DNA from: an uncultured Clostridia bacterium
GTDB taxonomy: Bacteria > Bacillota > Clostridia > Christensenellales > Borkfalkiaceae
Assembly (NCBI GenBank): GCA_944342025.1
Contig: CALVMD010000004.1
Location: 5,201 to 69,200, forward strand
DNA: 64,000 nucleotides
Direction of reading: 5' to 3'
In this document: in pieces, positions 19,733 to 29,107 of the stretch
Layout of the letters: each line of letters begins with the position of its first letter
Position numbering within the stretch: the first letter of the stretch is position 1
Notes under the pieces: generated by a model
Told to the model about the DNA's origin: nothing
The model's input: only the letters and a program-made list of their open reading frames with translations
Databases searched by the model: none
Program-made: the position numbers and the translations under genes

Positions 19733-20737
19733 ATGACAAGGCGTGAAAGGATCAGGGCTGCGATCGCGCACAAAGATATCGATTTTGTCCCGATCAATGT
19801 CGAAATGACTTCGGGGTTTCAGAAAAATCTTGCGGACAAAGTGGGGGCCGGGAACGTGGATCTTGCGCTCGACAATCACATGCTGCGCAAAAAATACAAG
19901 CACAACGTAAAGCTGGAAAACGGCGACGAGCGCGACCTGTTCGGGGTCATCTGGCAGACGTCGAAGGACGGCGGCGACGTGGGCATCGTCAAGACCTATC
20001 CGCTCGAAGACGGCGATTTTGACGGCTATCAATTCCCCGGGATCGATACAGACCTTGCGGAGAGCTGTCTGAAAACTTTGGAGGGCGAGAAGGACCGCTA
20101 TACCATGTTTTCCATCACGATGGGCTTTTTCGAGCGCGCCTGGAGCCTGCGCGGCATGGAAAACATCCTCGTGGATATGTTGCTCGAACCGGAACAGACC
20201 GAACGGCTGTTCGAGGGGATTTTCGAGCATCACATGAAACTTCTGGATTATGTGCTGGACCGCGATTTCGACGCCGTCTATTTCGGCGACGACTGGGGAC
20301 AGCAGCAGGGCCTGATCATGGGACCGGACATGTGGCGCAAATATATCAAACCCAAAGTGAGCATCCTGTTCGACAGGGTAAAGCGTGCGGGCAAGCAGGT
20401 CGTTTTGCACTCCTGCGGAGATCTGCGCGAAATCATGGGCGAAGTCATCGATATGGGCGTGGACGTATACAACACCGTTCAGCCCGAAATATACGACCTG
20501 AAAAAGCTCAAAGCGGAATACGGCAAAGACGTCACGTTTTACGGCGGCATCAGCACCCAGCAGTTTTTGCCCTTTGCGAGCGAAACGCAAGTGCGCGAAA
20601 AGACGAAAGAGGTGCTCGACATCATGGCGAAGGGAGGCGGCTATATCCTGTCGCCCACCCATGCGGTCACGCCGGATATTCCGGTCGAAAACGTGCTCGC
20701 GCTCGTTGAGACGGGCAAAGAATATTTCAAACGGTGA
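19733..20737 (+). CDS. URO-D/MtaA-CmuA family protein (putative corrinoid methyltransferase, cluster I)
   Basis: MTRRERI...DFVP, LRGMEN, GDDWG, LHSCG, YGGISTQ, GGGYILSPTH. Confidence 0.85.
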   Translation: MTRRERIRAAIAHKDIDFVPINVEMTSGFQKNLADKVGAGNVDLALDNHMLRKKYKHNVKLENGDERDLFGVIWQTSKDGGDVGIVKTYPLEDGDFDGYQFPGIDTDLAESCLKTLEGEKDRYTMFSITMGFFERAWSLRGMENILVDMLLEPEQTERLFEGIFEHHMKLLDYVLDRDFDAVYFGDDWGQQQGLIMGPDMWRKYIKPKVSILFDRVKRAGKQVVLHSCGDLREIMGEVIDMGVDVYNTVQPEIYDLKKLKAEYGKDVTFYGGISTQQFLPFASETQVREKTKEVLDIMAKGGGYILSPTHAVTPDIPVENVLALVETGKEYFKR

Positions 20738-20741
20738 GGGA

Positions 20742-21656
20742 ATGGATAAAAAGATCAGGGCGCTGTCCGTCGGCGCGGTGCTGTGGGACGTCATCGGCGA
20801 TCAAGAGTATATCGGCGGCGCTCCCTACAATGTGGCGGTCAATTTGAAAAAGCTCGGAGCGGAGAGCATGTTCGTCACGCGCGTCGGTAATGACGAGCGC
20901 GGCGACAGGGCGGTCGAAGAGATGCGGCGCTGCGGCGTCGGCACCGATTTCGTGCAGCGCGATCCCGTTTTTCCGACGGGCGTGGCGCTTGCGACGCTCG
21001 ACGGGGCGGGAAACGCGAGTTACGAGATCCCGCACGCTTCGTTCGACGAGATCTGCCTGACGGAAAAGGATATAAACGCGCTGAACGCGTTTGCCCCCGA
21101 CGTCGTGTGTTTCGGTTCTTTTGAACAGCGGTGCGAAAAGTCGAGGCTTGCAGTCCGTTCCGTTCTGGAAAGGGTGCGGGCAAAGACTGTCTTTTTCGAC
21201 GTGAATATCCGCATGGGGTTCTGCGAGAGGGAAGTGTTCGATTTTTGTTTCCGTCACACGGATGTCTTAAAACTAAACGAGGACGAGTGCGCGCTGCTCT
21301 CTTCCCTTTTGTACGGGGAGAAAATGGAGCCCGCCGCATTCGGCAAGAAGACGATCGCAGAATACGGCGTAAGCGTCGTATTGGTGACGCTCGGGGCGGC
21401 GGGGTGTTTTGTCTGCACCGAAAAGGCGCAGGCGTCCGTGCCGACGGAACCCGTGAAAAGCGCCGATACGATCGGCGCCGGAGACGCGTTTTCGGGGGCT
21501 TTTCTCTATGCCTATCTTTCGGGGAAGGATCCCGTTTCTGCGGCGAAATGCGGAAACGCTCTCGGCGCGTATGTGGCGCAGCGGACGGGCGCTCTGCCCG
21601 CGTTCGATGAAGAGATTGTTGCCCGCCTTGAAAAAATGACAGCAAGCGAGGACTGA
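20742..21656 (+). CDS. PfkB family carbohydrate kinase (fructokinase-like)
   Basis: GGAPYNVA, FDVNIR, KLNEDE, DTIGAGDAF. Confidence 0.92.
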   Translation: MDKKIRALSVGAVLWDVIGDQEYIGGAPYNVAVNLKKLGAESMFVTRVGNDERGDRAVEEMRRCGVGTDFVQRDPVFPTGVALATLDGAGNASYEIPHASFDEICLTEKDINALNAFAPDVVCFGSFEQRCEKSRLAVRSVLERVRAKTVFFDVNIRMGFCEREVFDFCFRHTDVLKLNEDECALLSSLLYGEKMEPAAFGKKTIAEYGVSVVLVTLGAAGCFVCTEKAQASVPTEPVKSADTIGAGDAFSGAFLYAYLSGKDPVSAAKCGNALGAYVAQRTGALPAFDEEIVARLEKMTASED

Positions 21657-21661
21657 CGGAT

Positions 21662-23281
21662 ATGAATCAAAAAACGTTCGAAATTCAGAAAAAGTATCTC
21701 TTTTTTCCGATCGGCGTCAACGAGCCGCTCGTAAAAGTTTTTCTTTCCCGCGGGGGAGAGGCGATGTACGATCTCGACCTTCGCCTGTCGGAAAATCCCG
21801 ATTTCTATACCTGGTTGGATACGGAAACGCTGAAAGGCAAAAATCTGACCCTTTCTTCCGACTGCGATGCGGCCCTTTTGGACAGGATCAGAGAGCGGGA
21901 TGAACTTCCCGACGACGTGTATCGCGAAAAACTGCGCCCGCGCGTTCACTACACGCCCATGCGCGGCTGGGTAAACGATCCGAACGGCCTGGTCTGGCAC
22001 GAGGGAAAGTATCATTTGTTTTATCAGCACAACCCTTACGACATCCGTTGGGGCAACATGCACTGGGGGCACGCGGAATCTCCCGATCTCATCCACTGGC
22101 GCGAAGTCGGCGAGGCGTTGTATCCGGACGGAGACGGAACGATGTTTTCCGGCAGCGCCGTAGTGGATAAAGAGAACGTGACGGGGCTCGGAAACGGGAA
22201 CGAACCCGCGCTTCTGCTCTTTTATACGGCGGCGGGGGGGAGCAACAGCGCGTCGGAAGGGAAAAAGTATACCGTCTGCATGGCGTATTCGCTGGATAAC
22301 GGCAAGACGTTCGTAAAATTTGCGGGCAATCCCGTTTTGGACAATCTCGTCTACGGAAACCGCGATCCGAAGGTCTTTTGGCATGAAAAATCGGGCAGAT
22401 GGTGCATGATCTTATTCATGTACGAGTATAAATTCGCCTTCTTCTCGTCGGAAGATCTCCTGCATTGGACGTTCGAATCGGAGGGGGCGTTCCCCACGAT
22501 GAACGAATGCCCCGAGGTGTTCGAGCTTGCAGATACGGGCAAATGGGTGATCCTTGCCGGGGCGGATTACTGGGGAGACCAGAGCGTCGGCAAATACTAT
22601 ATAGGCAGTTTCGACGGGCGTGAGTTCGTCAAGGAGGACGGCCCGTATCCCATCGACTTCGGCAAGAGCTTTTATTCTTTGCAGACGTTCGAAAACGACC
22701 CGAAAGGCAGGCGCATCCTGATGGGCTGGCGCACGTGCAACTTCCATATGCCCAACAAAAACGGAATGCCTTTCAACGGCGAGTTTTCCATCCCCACCGA
22801 GATCAGACCGTGTACGATCGATTCAAAACTGCGCATCGCGCGCTATCCCGTCGAGGAGTTTTTCCGTGCGCGGACGGAAGGAAGGTCAGAGTTCACGCTC
22901 CGAAACGTGGATGCGGTGAAGATCGACCGCCTCGTCTTCGAAGACGAATGTCCCTTCGTGGCGGTCGAGTTTGAGGCGGAGATCGCGGATAACGCGATCG
23001 TGGAATTCGATATGGGCGGCGTGAGCGTGTATTATCACAGCGAAACGCAGACGCTGCAGGCGTTCGGCAACAATATAAAAATACCTTTGGAAGACGGAAA
23101 ACTGTCAGTCCTTCTCATCCGCGATACGATGAGCCTCGAGCTCTATGTGCAGGGAGGGAAATATCCCGTTTGCGGCTATGCGGAGTTCACCAAAGATGAG
23201 AATACTGTAACGGCGTACCGCGGCACGCTGAAACATATGCGCATTTGCAGCAGGCACCTGAAAAGTATCTGGGAAAAATAA
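21662..23281 (+). CDS. GH32 beta-fructosidase/levanase-like, cytoplasmic
   Basis: WVNDPNG, HWGHA, FSGSAV, RDPKV, ECP; no signal peptide. Confidence 0.92.
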   Translation: MNQKTFEIQKKYLFFPIGVNEPLVKVFLSRGGEAMYDLDLRLSENPDFYTWLDTETLKGKNLTLSSDCDAALLDRIRERDELPDDVYREKLRPRVHYTPMRGWVNDPNGLVWHEGKYHLFYQHNPYDIRWGNMHWGHAESPDLIHWREVGEALYPDGDGTMFSGSAVVDKENVTGLGNGNEPALLLFYTAAGGSNSASEGKKYTVCMAYSLDNGKTFVKFAGNPVLDNLVYGNRDPKVFWHEKSGRWCMILFMYEYKFAFFSSEDLLHWTFESEGAFPTMNECPEVFELADTGKWVILAGADYWGDQSVGKYYIGSFDGREFVKEDGPYPIDFGKSFYSLQTFENDPKGRRILMGWRTCNFHMPNKNGMPFNGEFSIPTEIRPCTIDSKLRIARYPVEEFFRARTEGRSEFTLRNVDAVKIDRLVFEDECPFVAVEFEAEIADNAIVEFDMGGVSVYYHSETQTLQAFGNNIKIPLEDGKLSVLLIRDTMSLELYVQGGKYPVCGYAEFTKDENTVTAYRGTLKHMRICSRHLKSIWEK

Positions 23282-23301
23282 TCAAATGATCCGATCGGAA
23301 A

Positions 23302-23342
23302 AGGCGCGGAGGCGTTTATCGCCTCCGCGCCTGCGGTTTTTT
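23302..23342. terminator. Bidirectional terminator
   Basis: aggcgcggaggcg-tttat-cgcctccgcgcct between convergent genes. Confidence 0.7.
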
Positions 23343-23344
23343 AA

Positions 23345-23890
23345 TTATTTCAGAAGATAGCAGCTGGTAAAGGCGACCGTGCACGGCCCGTAGTTGTAGG
23401 GGACGCCTGAAAGTTCGCACACTTTGCTCACCCACAGCCCGTATGCCTCCATCGAGGAATAGGAGTCGTCGGGGAAGCGGCAGGGCGCGTCGGGATAGGT
23501 GCACGTTTTGCAGCGTTTGCACGTTCCCGCGCCCATGCCGAGCACGTCGGGGTACTTTGCTTTGAGTTTTCTCATCATCGAAATAAAACTTTCCGCATGT
23601 TCGCGGCCGGCCTTTTCGATCGCCTCGTAATCGAATTCGTCTTCCATATGCGCGACCGTCTGCACGAGCATGCCGAAAGAATACTGCGCGGCGCGTTCCG
23701 CCGCCTCTTCTATGGTGCCGCACGCGGGCGGGCAGCGCCAGCTTTTACCGTAGGCGTGGCATTTGTCCGCGCGGCACATCTGCCGCACCTCGGGCATGAA
23801 TACGAGCGCCTTTATATTCAGCTGCCCTGCATCGGTAAACCCTTCGTCCAGGGCGAGTTTTTTCAGTTCTTCAACAGGATAATTTTCCAT
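23345..23890 (-). CDS. DUF2284-like Cys-rich metal-binding protein
   Basis: CxxxxC...CPPxCG; GAGTCKRCKTC...CRFP...SMEAYG. Confidence 0.8.
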   Translation of the reverse strand: MENYPVEELKKLALDEGFTDAGQLNIKALVFMPEVRQMCRADKCHAYGKSWRCPPACGTIEEAAERAAQYSFGMLVQTVAHMEDEFDYEAIEKAGREHAESFISMMRKLKAKYPDVLGMGAGTCKRCKTCTYPDAPCRFPDDSYSSMEAYGLWVSKVCELSGVPYNYGPCTVAFTSCYLLK

Positions 23891-23925
23891 TTGCGCACCG
23901 TCCGTTGTTTTAGTATTATATCACC

Positions 23926-23987
23926 ATTATATCACTGCGCCGCTTTTTTTCAATGTCCGCTCTTGCCTAAAAACAGGACAATCTTGC
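23926..23987 (-). promoter_or_regulatory. DUF2284 promoter with tandem AraC-type site
   Basis: TGnTATAAT (-10 at 23931-23926); GCAAGATTGTCC at 23987-23976 with a second GCAAGA 21 bp downstream. Confidence 0.6.
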
Positions 23988-24049
23988 GCCTTTTGGCGCG
24001 AAACAGTGGATTTAAGCAACATTTTACTGTTTTTGCGCAAACAGATGGG

Positions 24050-24077
24050 TTGCAAAAATCGGGAAACATGCTATAAT
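24050..24077 (+). promoter_or_regulatory. Sigma-A promoter upstream of riboswitch
   Basis: TTGCAA-N16-TATAAT with TG extension. Confidence 0.6.
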
Positions 24078-24094
24078 AAAGCTGTAAAAATTCA

Positions 24095-24242
24095 GCATAT
24101 CCTGAGTTGCGATCATGTCGCAGAGAGCGGGGGAAGCGCGGTGAAAATCCGTCGCAACAGCCATTACCGTACAGTCGGATAACCCGTCGGGATATTTGTT
24201 TTCGTTTTCATTTCCGGGCAATGGGAAGATGAGCCGACATCA
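24095..24242 (+). ncRNA. Cobalamin (B12) riboswitch
   Basis: GGGAA-gcgc-GGTGAAAATCC-gtcgc-AACAGCC..TACCGT core and distal GGGAAG...GAGCC; upstream of B12 uptake-like genes; boundaries approximate. Confidence 0.78.
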
Positions 24243-24305
24243 TGGCGCGTTTTCGTTTTTCGGAACGCGTTTTTTTCATGAATAAATTTATTGTAAGGAG
24301 TTTTT

Positions 24306-24812
24306 ATGAAAAGATTCACAAAACTTATGCTCGCGCTTGCGTGCACGGCGATCTTTGCGGGCATGTTTCTCTTTGTCGGATGTGACAAAGATGAGGGAGT
24401 TGCGCTCAGCGGCACGATGACGATCGTTCTCGACGGCAAGAACGGCACCATAGAGACGGTCGAGGCGGATCTTTCCGCGTTCACGACGGCGGACAGCGCG
24501 ATGGACGTCATCGAAGCGCTCGCCGCAGAGAAAAAGATGTGCTATAAAGGCAGCGAAGGCGCGTACGGCATGATGCTTTCCGACGTGGGCGTTTATAAAG
24601 ACGGTGCGGAGACTTATATCGTCAGCCAGAATGACGCGGAGGGCAAATACATTTATCTTTATACGAACGTTGAAAAGGATAAAAACGACTACGAGGGTAT
24701 GACGACGGTCGAATATGAAGGTCAGACGCTCGCAGAGTCGATGAACAGCATCAGTTCGATGTCTGTAGAGGACGGGGCGATCGTGTACATCACGACCATC
24801 GTCTGGGGCTGA
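24306..24812 (+). CDS. Lipoprotein, probable cobalamin-binding/uptake accessory (DUF4430/CbrS-like)
   Basis: Lipobox FVGC; ubiquitin-like/DUF4430-like pattern; first gene under B12 riboswitch. Confidence 0.55.
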   Translation: MKRFTKLMLALACTAIFAGMFLFVGCDKDEGVALSGTMTIVLDGKNGTIETVEADLSAFTTADSAMDVIEALAAEKKMCYKGSEGAYGMMLSDVGVYKDGAETYIVSQNDAEGKYIYLYTNVEKDKNDYEGMTTVEYEGQTLAESMNSISSMSVEDGAIVYITTIVWG

Positions 24813-24837
24813 AAATAATCGGAACGGGGGATACGGT

Positions 24838-25392
24838 ATGCGCAAAGTGCGCGCACAGCGGAATGCGCTGTTTGCAACGGCGAAGGAGATCGCCTTCATA
24901 GGCCTGATGGCGGCGCTTCTGATCGCCTGTCAGCTCGCTTTAAGCGGGTTGCAGGGGATCGAAGTCGTCACCGTGCTTTTTCTGGCGTTCTGCTACTCTT
25001 TCGGCGTTGTGCGCGGGGTGATCGTAGCAAACTGCTTTTCCCTGCTGCGGTGCCTGATCTGGGGATTTTTTCCCACGGTCGTCATCCTGTACCTCGTTTA
25101 TTACAATCTGTTTGCCGTCGTTTTCGGGCTGATCGGCGGAAAATTGAACAATATGAAGGCGGTATGGCGCATCGTGATCCTTGCGGCGGCGGCCGCATTC
25201 ATGACCGTCCTTTTTACTCTTTTGGATGATGTGATCACGCCCCTCTTTTTCGGGTACAGTCTGCGTGCGGCGAAGGTGTATTTTTACAACTCACTCATTG
25301 TCCTCGCGATCCAGCCCGTGTGCGCGATCGTTACGATAGCCGTTCTGTTTGAACCTCTGCGAAAGGCGTTCGCGCAGGTGCGGCGTATTTGA
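24838..25392 (+). CDS. ECF transporter S component, probable cobalamin-specific (CbrT-like)
   Basis: 184 aa, ~6 TM, IAFIGLMAALL...IEVVTVL; riboswitch context. Confidence 0.72.
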   Translation: MRKVRAQRNALFATAKEIAFIGLMAALLIACQLALSGLQGIEVVTVLFLAFCYSFGVVRGVIVANCFSLLRCLIWGFFPTVVILYLVYYNLFAVVFGLIGGKLNNMKAVWRIVILAAAAAFMTVLFTLLDDVITPLFFGYSLRAAKVYFYNSLIVLAIQPVCAIVTIAVLFEPLRKAFAQVRRI

Positions 25393-25398
25393 GCTATT

Positions 25399-25493
25399 GC
25401 AAAATATTACAGCTTTTTGCGGGATCGGCGGCAAAATATTACCCTTTTATAACAAAAAAATCACTTACAATCGGGTTGGTGCGGTGCTATAAT
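25399..25493 (+). promoter_or_regulatory. Corrinoid protein promoter with repeated GCAAAATATTAC site
   Basis: Exact 12-bp direct repeat at 25399 and 25431; TGcTATAAT at 25488; weak -35. Confidence 0.65.
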
Positions 25494-25531
25494 GTGTATA
25501 CTGATAAGTAAGCAAGATTAGGAGGCATATT

Positions 25532-26164
25532 ATGGCAAAATTTGATGAGATCTCTGCGCTTTTGCAGCGCGGTAAAGCGAAAGATTTGGCTGCTCTCGTT
25601 TCCGAAGAGCTGGCGGCGGGCGTTGCGCCGAAGGACATTCTGACGGAAGGCCTGATCGCGGGCATGGGGATCGTCGGCACGAAGTTCAAGAACAACGAGA
25701 TTTTCGTTCCCGAAGTTCTGATTGCGGCGCGCGCGATGAATGCGGCTTTGGCGGTATTGAAACCCGCGCTTGCGGATTCGGGCGTAGAGCCTGTCGGCAC
25801 GGCGGTCATCTGCACCGTTAAAGGGGATTTGCACGACATCGGCAAAAACCTCGTAAAAATGATGATCGAAGGCACCGGGATCCGCGTGATCGATCTCGGG
25901 GTGGACTGCCCTGCGGAAAAGGTTGTTTCCGCCGTCAAAGAAAACAATGCGGATATTGTCTGCCTTTCCGCCCTTCTCACGACGACGATGATGTATCAGA
26001 AGGACATCATCGACGCGCTGAAAGCCGCGGGGCTGCGCGACAAGGTCAAAGTCATGGTCGGCGGCGCTCCCGTCACACAGGCGTTTGCGGACGAGATCGG
26101 CGCGGATGCGTATACGCCGGACGCTGCGAGCGCGGCGGAAAAGGCGCGTTCGTACTTCGCTTAA
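25532..26164 (+). CDS. Methyltransferase cognate corrinoid protein (MtaC/MttC-like)
   Basis: GDLHDIGKNLV (DxHxxG), SALLTTTM, VGGAP; N-terminal cap with FVPEVL. Confidence 0.95.
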   Translation: MAKFDEISALLQRGKAKDLAALVSEELAAGVAPKDILTEGLIAGMGIVGTKFKNNEIFVPEVLIAARAMNAALAVLKPALADSGVEPVGTAVICTVKGDLHDIGKNLVKMMIEGTGIRVIDLGVDCPAEKVVSAVKENNADIVCLSALLTTTMMYQKDIIDALKAAGLRDKVKVMVGGAPVTQAFADEIGADAYTPDAASAAEKARSYFA

Positions 26165-26250
26165 AAAACAAGCATTAAGACAGGCAGCTCGCGCATCGCG
26201 CAGGCTGCCTTTTTTCCGCCCAGGAAGAGGGCGGAAAAAAGGGAGGAAAA

Positions 26251-27696
26251 ATGAAAATCACGATCGTTTCCGGTAAAAAACAGACGGCGGCAGAGTGCGA
26301 AAGAGGAGAAAATCTCCTCGGCGTGCTTCGTAAAAACGGGTTTATGATTCCTGCCAGCTGCGGAGGCAGAGGAGTGTGCGGCAAGTGTCGGGTAGAGATC
26401 TCCGCAGGCGATGGAAATGAGCGATCTGTGCTCGCGTGCGAAACTTCGGTCGAGGAAGGGATGACGGTCCGCGTTGGCGAGTATCGCGGCGGGGGGCTTA
26501 CCGACAGCGATGCCGAAAAGTTCGCCTGCGACGGGGAAGACGGATTCGGCGTCGCCGTCGACATCGGAACGACCACGGTCGCGTTCGCCCTGTGCGAGCT
26601 TTCTACGGGTAAAACGGTGGAAAAATACGCCGTTTTGAACGGGCAGGCGCCGTTCGGCGCGGATGTTATCAGCCGCATCATGGCGGCGGAAGCGGGCCAT
26701 GCGCCCGCCATGGCGCAGGCGGTGCGCGGGCAGATCGAAGAGGCCGTTTCGCGTTTTAGTGCGAAATACTCCCTTCCCGCCGTCAAAAAGGTCGCGGTGT
26801 GCGGCAATACCACCATGCTGCACCTGTTCTGCGGGGAAGACGTTTCCGGCATAGGCAGGTATCCGTTCACGCCCGCGTTTACCGAATACAGATCGTCGCC
26901 GGGCAGGGAGTTCGGGATTTCCGCGCAGGAGGTACAGATCTTGCCCTCCGTATCGGCATATGTGGGCGGGGATGTCGTGGCAGGATGCGTCGCTTCCGGA
27001 TTGGACGAAAAAGAGGCGCTGCTCGCAGACATCGGCACGAACGGAGAGATGATCGCGCACGCGGGTGGCAGGCTGCTCTGTACGTCTACGGCGGCGGGTC
27101 CCTGCTTCGAGGGCGCGAATATCGAGTGCGGTACGGGCGGCGTTGCGGGGGCGATCGATCGGGTCACGTCGGAAGGTGGCAAAATTACCTATACGACGAT
27201 CGGCGGCGCGGCGCCGCGCGGCATCTGCGGCGCGGGACTGGTCGACGCGGTCGCCCTCATGCTCGGACGCGGCGCGATCGACGAGACGGGTGCCTTCGCG
27301 GAGGGCGATAAATTTTATATTTCCGACAAAGTCTATGTTTCGCAGAAAGACATCCGTAACTTTCAACTGGCAAAGAGCGCCGTTTCTTCGGGCATCAACG
27401 TCCTTTCGGCGCGCGCGGGGCTGGACCTTTGCCGGGAGGACAGCTTATATATAGCCGGAGGGCTCGGGTTTTACCTGAGCGGTGAGAGTGCGCGAAAGGT
27501 GGGGCTTCTCCCCGCCGGCGCGGGCACGCGCGTGATCGGAAACGCGGCGCTTGCGGGCACGCAGGCGTGCATGCTTTCAAAAGCTGCGCTCGTGCGGGCG
27601 AAGAAGATCGCCGCAGAGGCGGAATATATCGATCTTTCGGCAGATCCCGCATTTATGGACGAATATATCGAAAACATGAATTTTCCCGAAGAGTAG
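26251..27696 (+). CDS. Reductive activator of corrinoid enzymes (RACE/RACo; 2Fe-2S plus ASKHA domain)
   Basis: CGGRGVCGKC...LAC ferredoxin; DIGTTT, GADVISRI, GNTTM, DIGTNGE, AAGPCFEG, QLAK. Confidence 0.92.
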   Translation: MKITIVSGKKQTAAECERGENLLGVLRKNGFMIPASCGGRGVCGKCRVEISAGDGNERSVLACETSVEEGMTVRVGEYRGGGLTDSDAEKFACDGEDGFGVAVDIGTTTVAFALCELSTGKTVEKYAVLNGQAPFGADVISRIMAAEAGHAPAMAQAVRGQIEEAVSRFSAKYSLPAVKKVAVCGNTTMLHLFCGEDVSGIGRYPFTPAFTEYRSSPGREFGISAQEVQILPSVSAYVGGDVVAGCVASGLDEKEALLADIGTNGEMIAHAGGRLLCTSTAAGPCFEGANIECGTGGVAGAIDRVTSEGGKITYTTIGGAAPRGICGAGLVDAVALMLGRGAIDETGAFAEGDKFYISDKVYVSQKDIRNFQLAKSAVSSGINVLSARAGLDLCREDSLYIAGGLGFYLSGESARKVGLLPAGAGTRVIGNAALAGTQACMLSKAALVRAKKIAAEAEYIDLSADPAFMDEYIENMNFPEE

Positions 27697-27712
27697 TCGC
27701 GCCGCGAATCCC

Positions 27713-27741
27713 TTGCCAAAATCGGAAGAATCGTTTATACT
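27713..27741 (+). promoter_or_regulatory. Sigma-A promoter of PocR-AraC regulator
   Basis: TTGCCA-N17-TATACT. Confidence 0.6.
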
Positions 27742-27785
27742 TATAGGCAAAGGAAGGCGCGGGCGCCGCGCTTTTACGGTGAAAG

Positions 27786-29045
27786 ATGGAGTTGAAAGAG
27801 GTCAGCTTGCGCGAAATTCTCAATTTCGGCGAGCTTGAAAAATTATTCAAAAGCTATTCTCTTACGAGCGGCTGCGACGTGGTCCTTTACGGGCTGGACG
27901 GTTCGGAACAGCTTGCCGTCCGCCGCGCGGAGTCTGTCTGCACCGCGCTGCGAGGCGCTCCCGTATGCAGGGAAAAGATCGTTCAGAGCGGGAAAAAGGC
28001 GGAGGAACTGAAAACCAGCTACATTTACGAAACACCCTGCGGGCTGATCATGTGCATCGCCGCCGTCAGCCTGGACGGGCAGGCGGTCGGGTATATCACG
28101 ACGGGTCCCGTCGTCTTATGGGAAAAGGACGAATACTTTTACGATGAAATGCGCGTGAAGTACGCGGAGATGGGTGCGGAGTTCGACGGTTCGCTCCTTG
28201 CGGGCGTACGGCAGGTGGACTGCGAGGGCATGACGGGCATTTCCGAAATGCTGCGCGTTCTCGTGGAGTATATGGCGGGGCAGGAGAAGAAATTTTTGGA
28301 ACAGCGGCTGGAAATTTCGCGGATGAATCTGGAACGCCTGCGCGTGCAGCGCGAGATCGAGATCAAGCAGAGCCAGCCCTGTTACAACAAATACCCCGTG
28401 GAGTTGGAAAAGGAACTGATCGCCTATGTGCAGTTCGGCGATAAAAACAGCGCGAAAAAGATCATCAACCGCTTTCTGAACGAGATCTTTTCCTTCGCGA
28501 GCGGAGATCTGGAGATCATCAAGGCGAAGCTGTACGAGTTTACCGCGTTCCTTTCCCGCAGCGCCGTCGAGGCGGGCGCACAGCTGTCGGCGCTCACCGA
28601 TATCGTAAAAAAGAGCGCGCGCTTTCTTTTGGACAATATCGACTTTCAGGACCTGTGTTCGACGACCATAGAGGTCATGGAAAACTTCATCGACGTCGTG
28701 TACGAGAGCCGCAGCAAGCGAATCTCCAACGTGCATCTGGCAAAGGCGATCCGCTACATCAACGAACACTACGCGGACGAACTCGACTTGGAAACGCTAG
28801 CCAAAAACGTTTTTGTGAGTTCTTATTATATCAGCCATCTCTTCCGCAACGAGATGGGTACGACGTTCAGTGACTATCTCACCAAAGTCCGGTTGGACAA
28901 TGCCAAAAAATGCCTCATGGAGGGGCTTTCGGTAGAAAAAACGGCGGAACTTGTCGGTTATAACGACGGCAATTACTTCATCAAGATCTTCAAAAAATAT
29001 GTGGGCGTGACGCCCGCCAAATACAGAAAATCGATGGTGCAATAG
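27786..29045 (+). CDS. PocR sensory domain plus AraC HTH transcriptional regulator
   Basis: N-terminal PocR-like C...C...YETPCGL...GP; C-terminal SSYYISHLF...GYNDGNYFIKIFKKYVGVTP. Confidence 0.88.
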   Translation: MELKEVSLREILNFGELEKLFKSYSLTSGCDVVLYGLDGSEQLAVRRAESVCTALRGAPVCREKIVQSGKKAEELKTSYIYETPCGLIMCIAAVSLDGQAVGYITTGPVVLWEKDEYFYDEMRVKYAEMGAEFDGSLLAGVRQVDCEGMTGISEMLRVLVEYMAGQEKKFLEQRLEISRMNLERLRVQREIEIKQSQPCYNKYPVELEKELIAYVQFGDKNSAKKIINRFLNEIFSFASGDLEIIKAKLYEFTAFLSRSAVEAGAQLSALTDIVKKSARFLLDNIDFQDLCSTTIEVMENFIDVVYESRSKRISNVHLAKAIRYINEHYADELDLETLAKNVFVSSYYISHLFRNEMGTTFSDYLTKVRLDNAKKCLMEGLSVEKTAELVGYNDGNYFIKIFKKYVGVTPAKYRKSMVQ

Positions 29046-29060
29046 CCATTCGGCAAAATG

Positions 29061-29093
29061 GGCGCCCCGAGGAAATTTCCTCGGGGCGCCTTT
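29061..29093. terminator. Bidirectional terminator (perfect 30-bp palindrome)
   Basis: GGCGCCCCGAGGAAATTTCCTCGGGGCGCC between convergent genes. Confidence 0.75.
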
Positions 29094-29107
29094 GATGTTT
29101 TGACAAA

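Noticed and set aside
19733-20737. Annotation of URO-D proteins as hemE (heme synthesis)
   Set aside because: No RQAGR motif, HxC Zn motif present, no tetrapyrrole genes nearby, and corrinoid methyl-transfer context.
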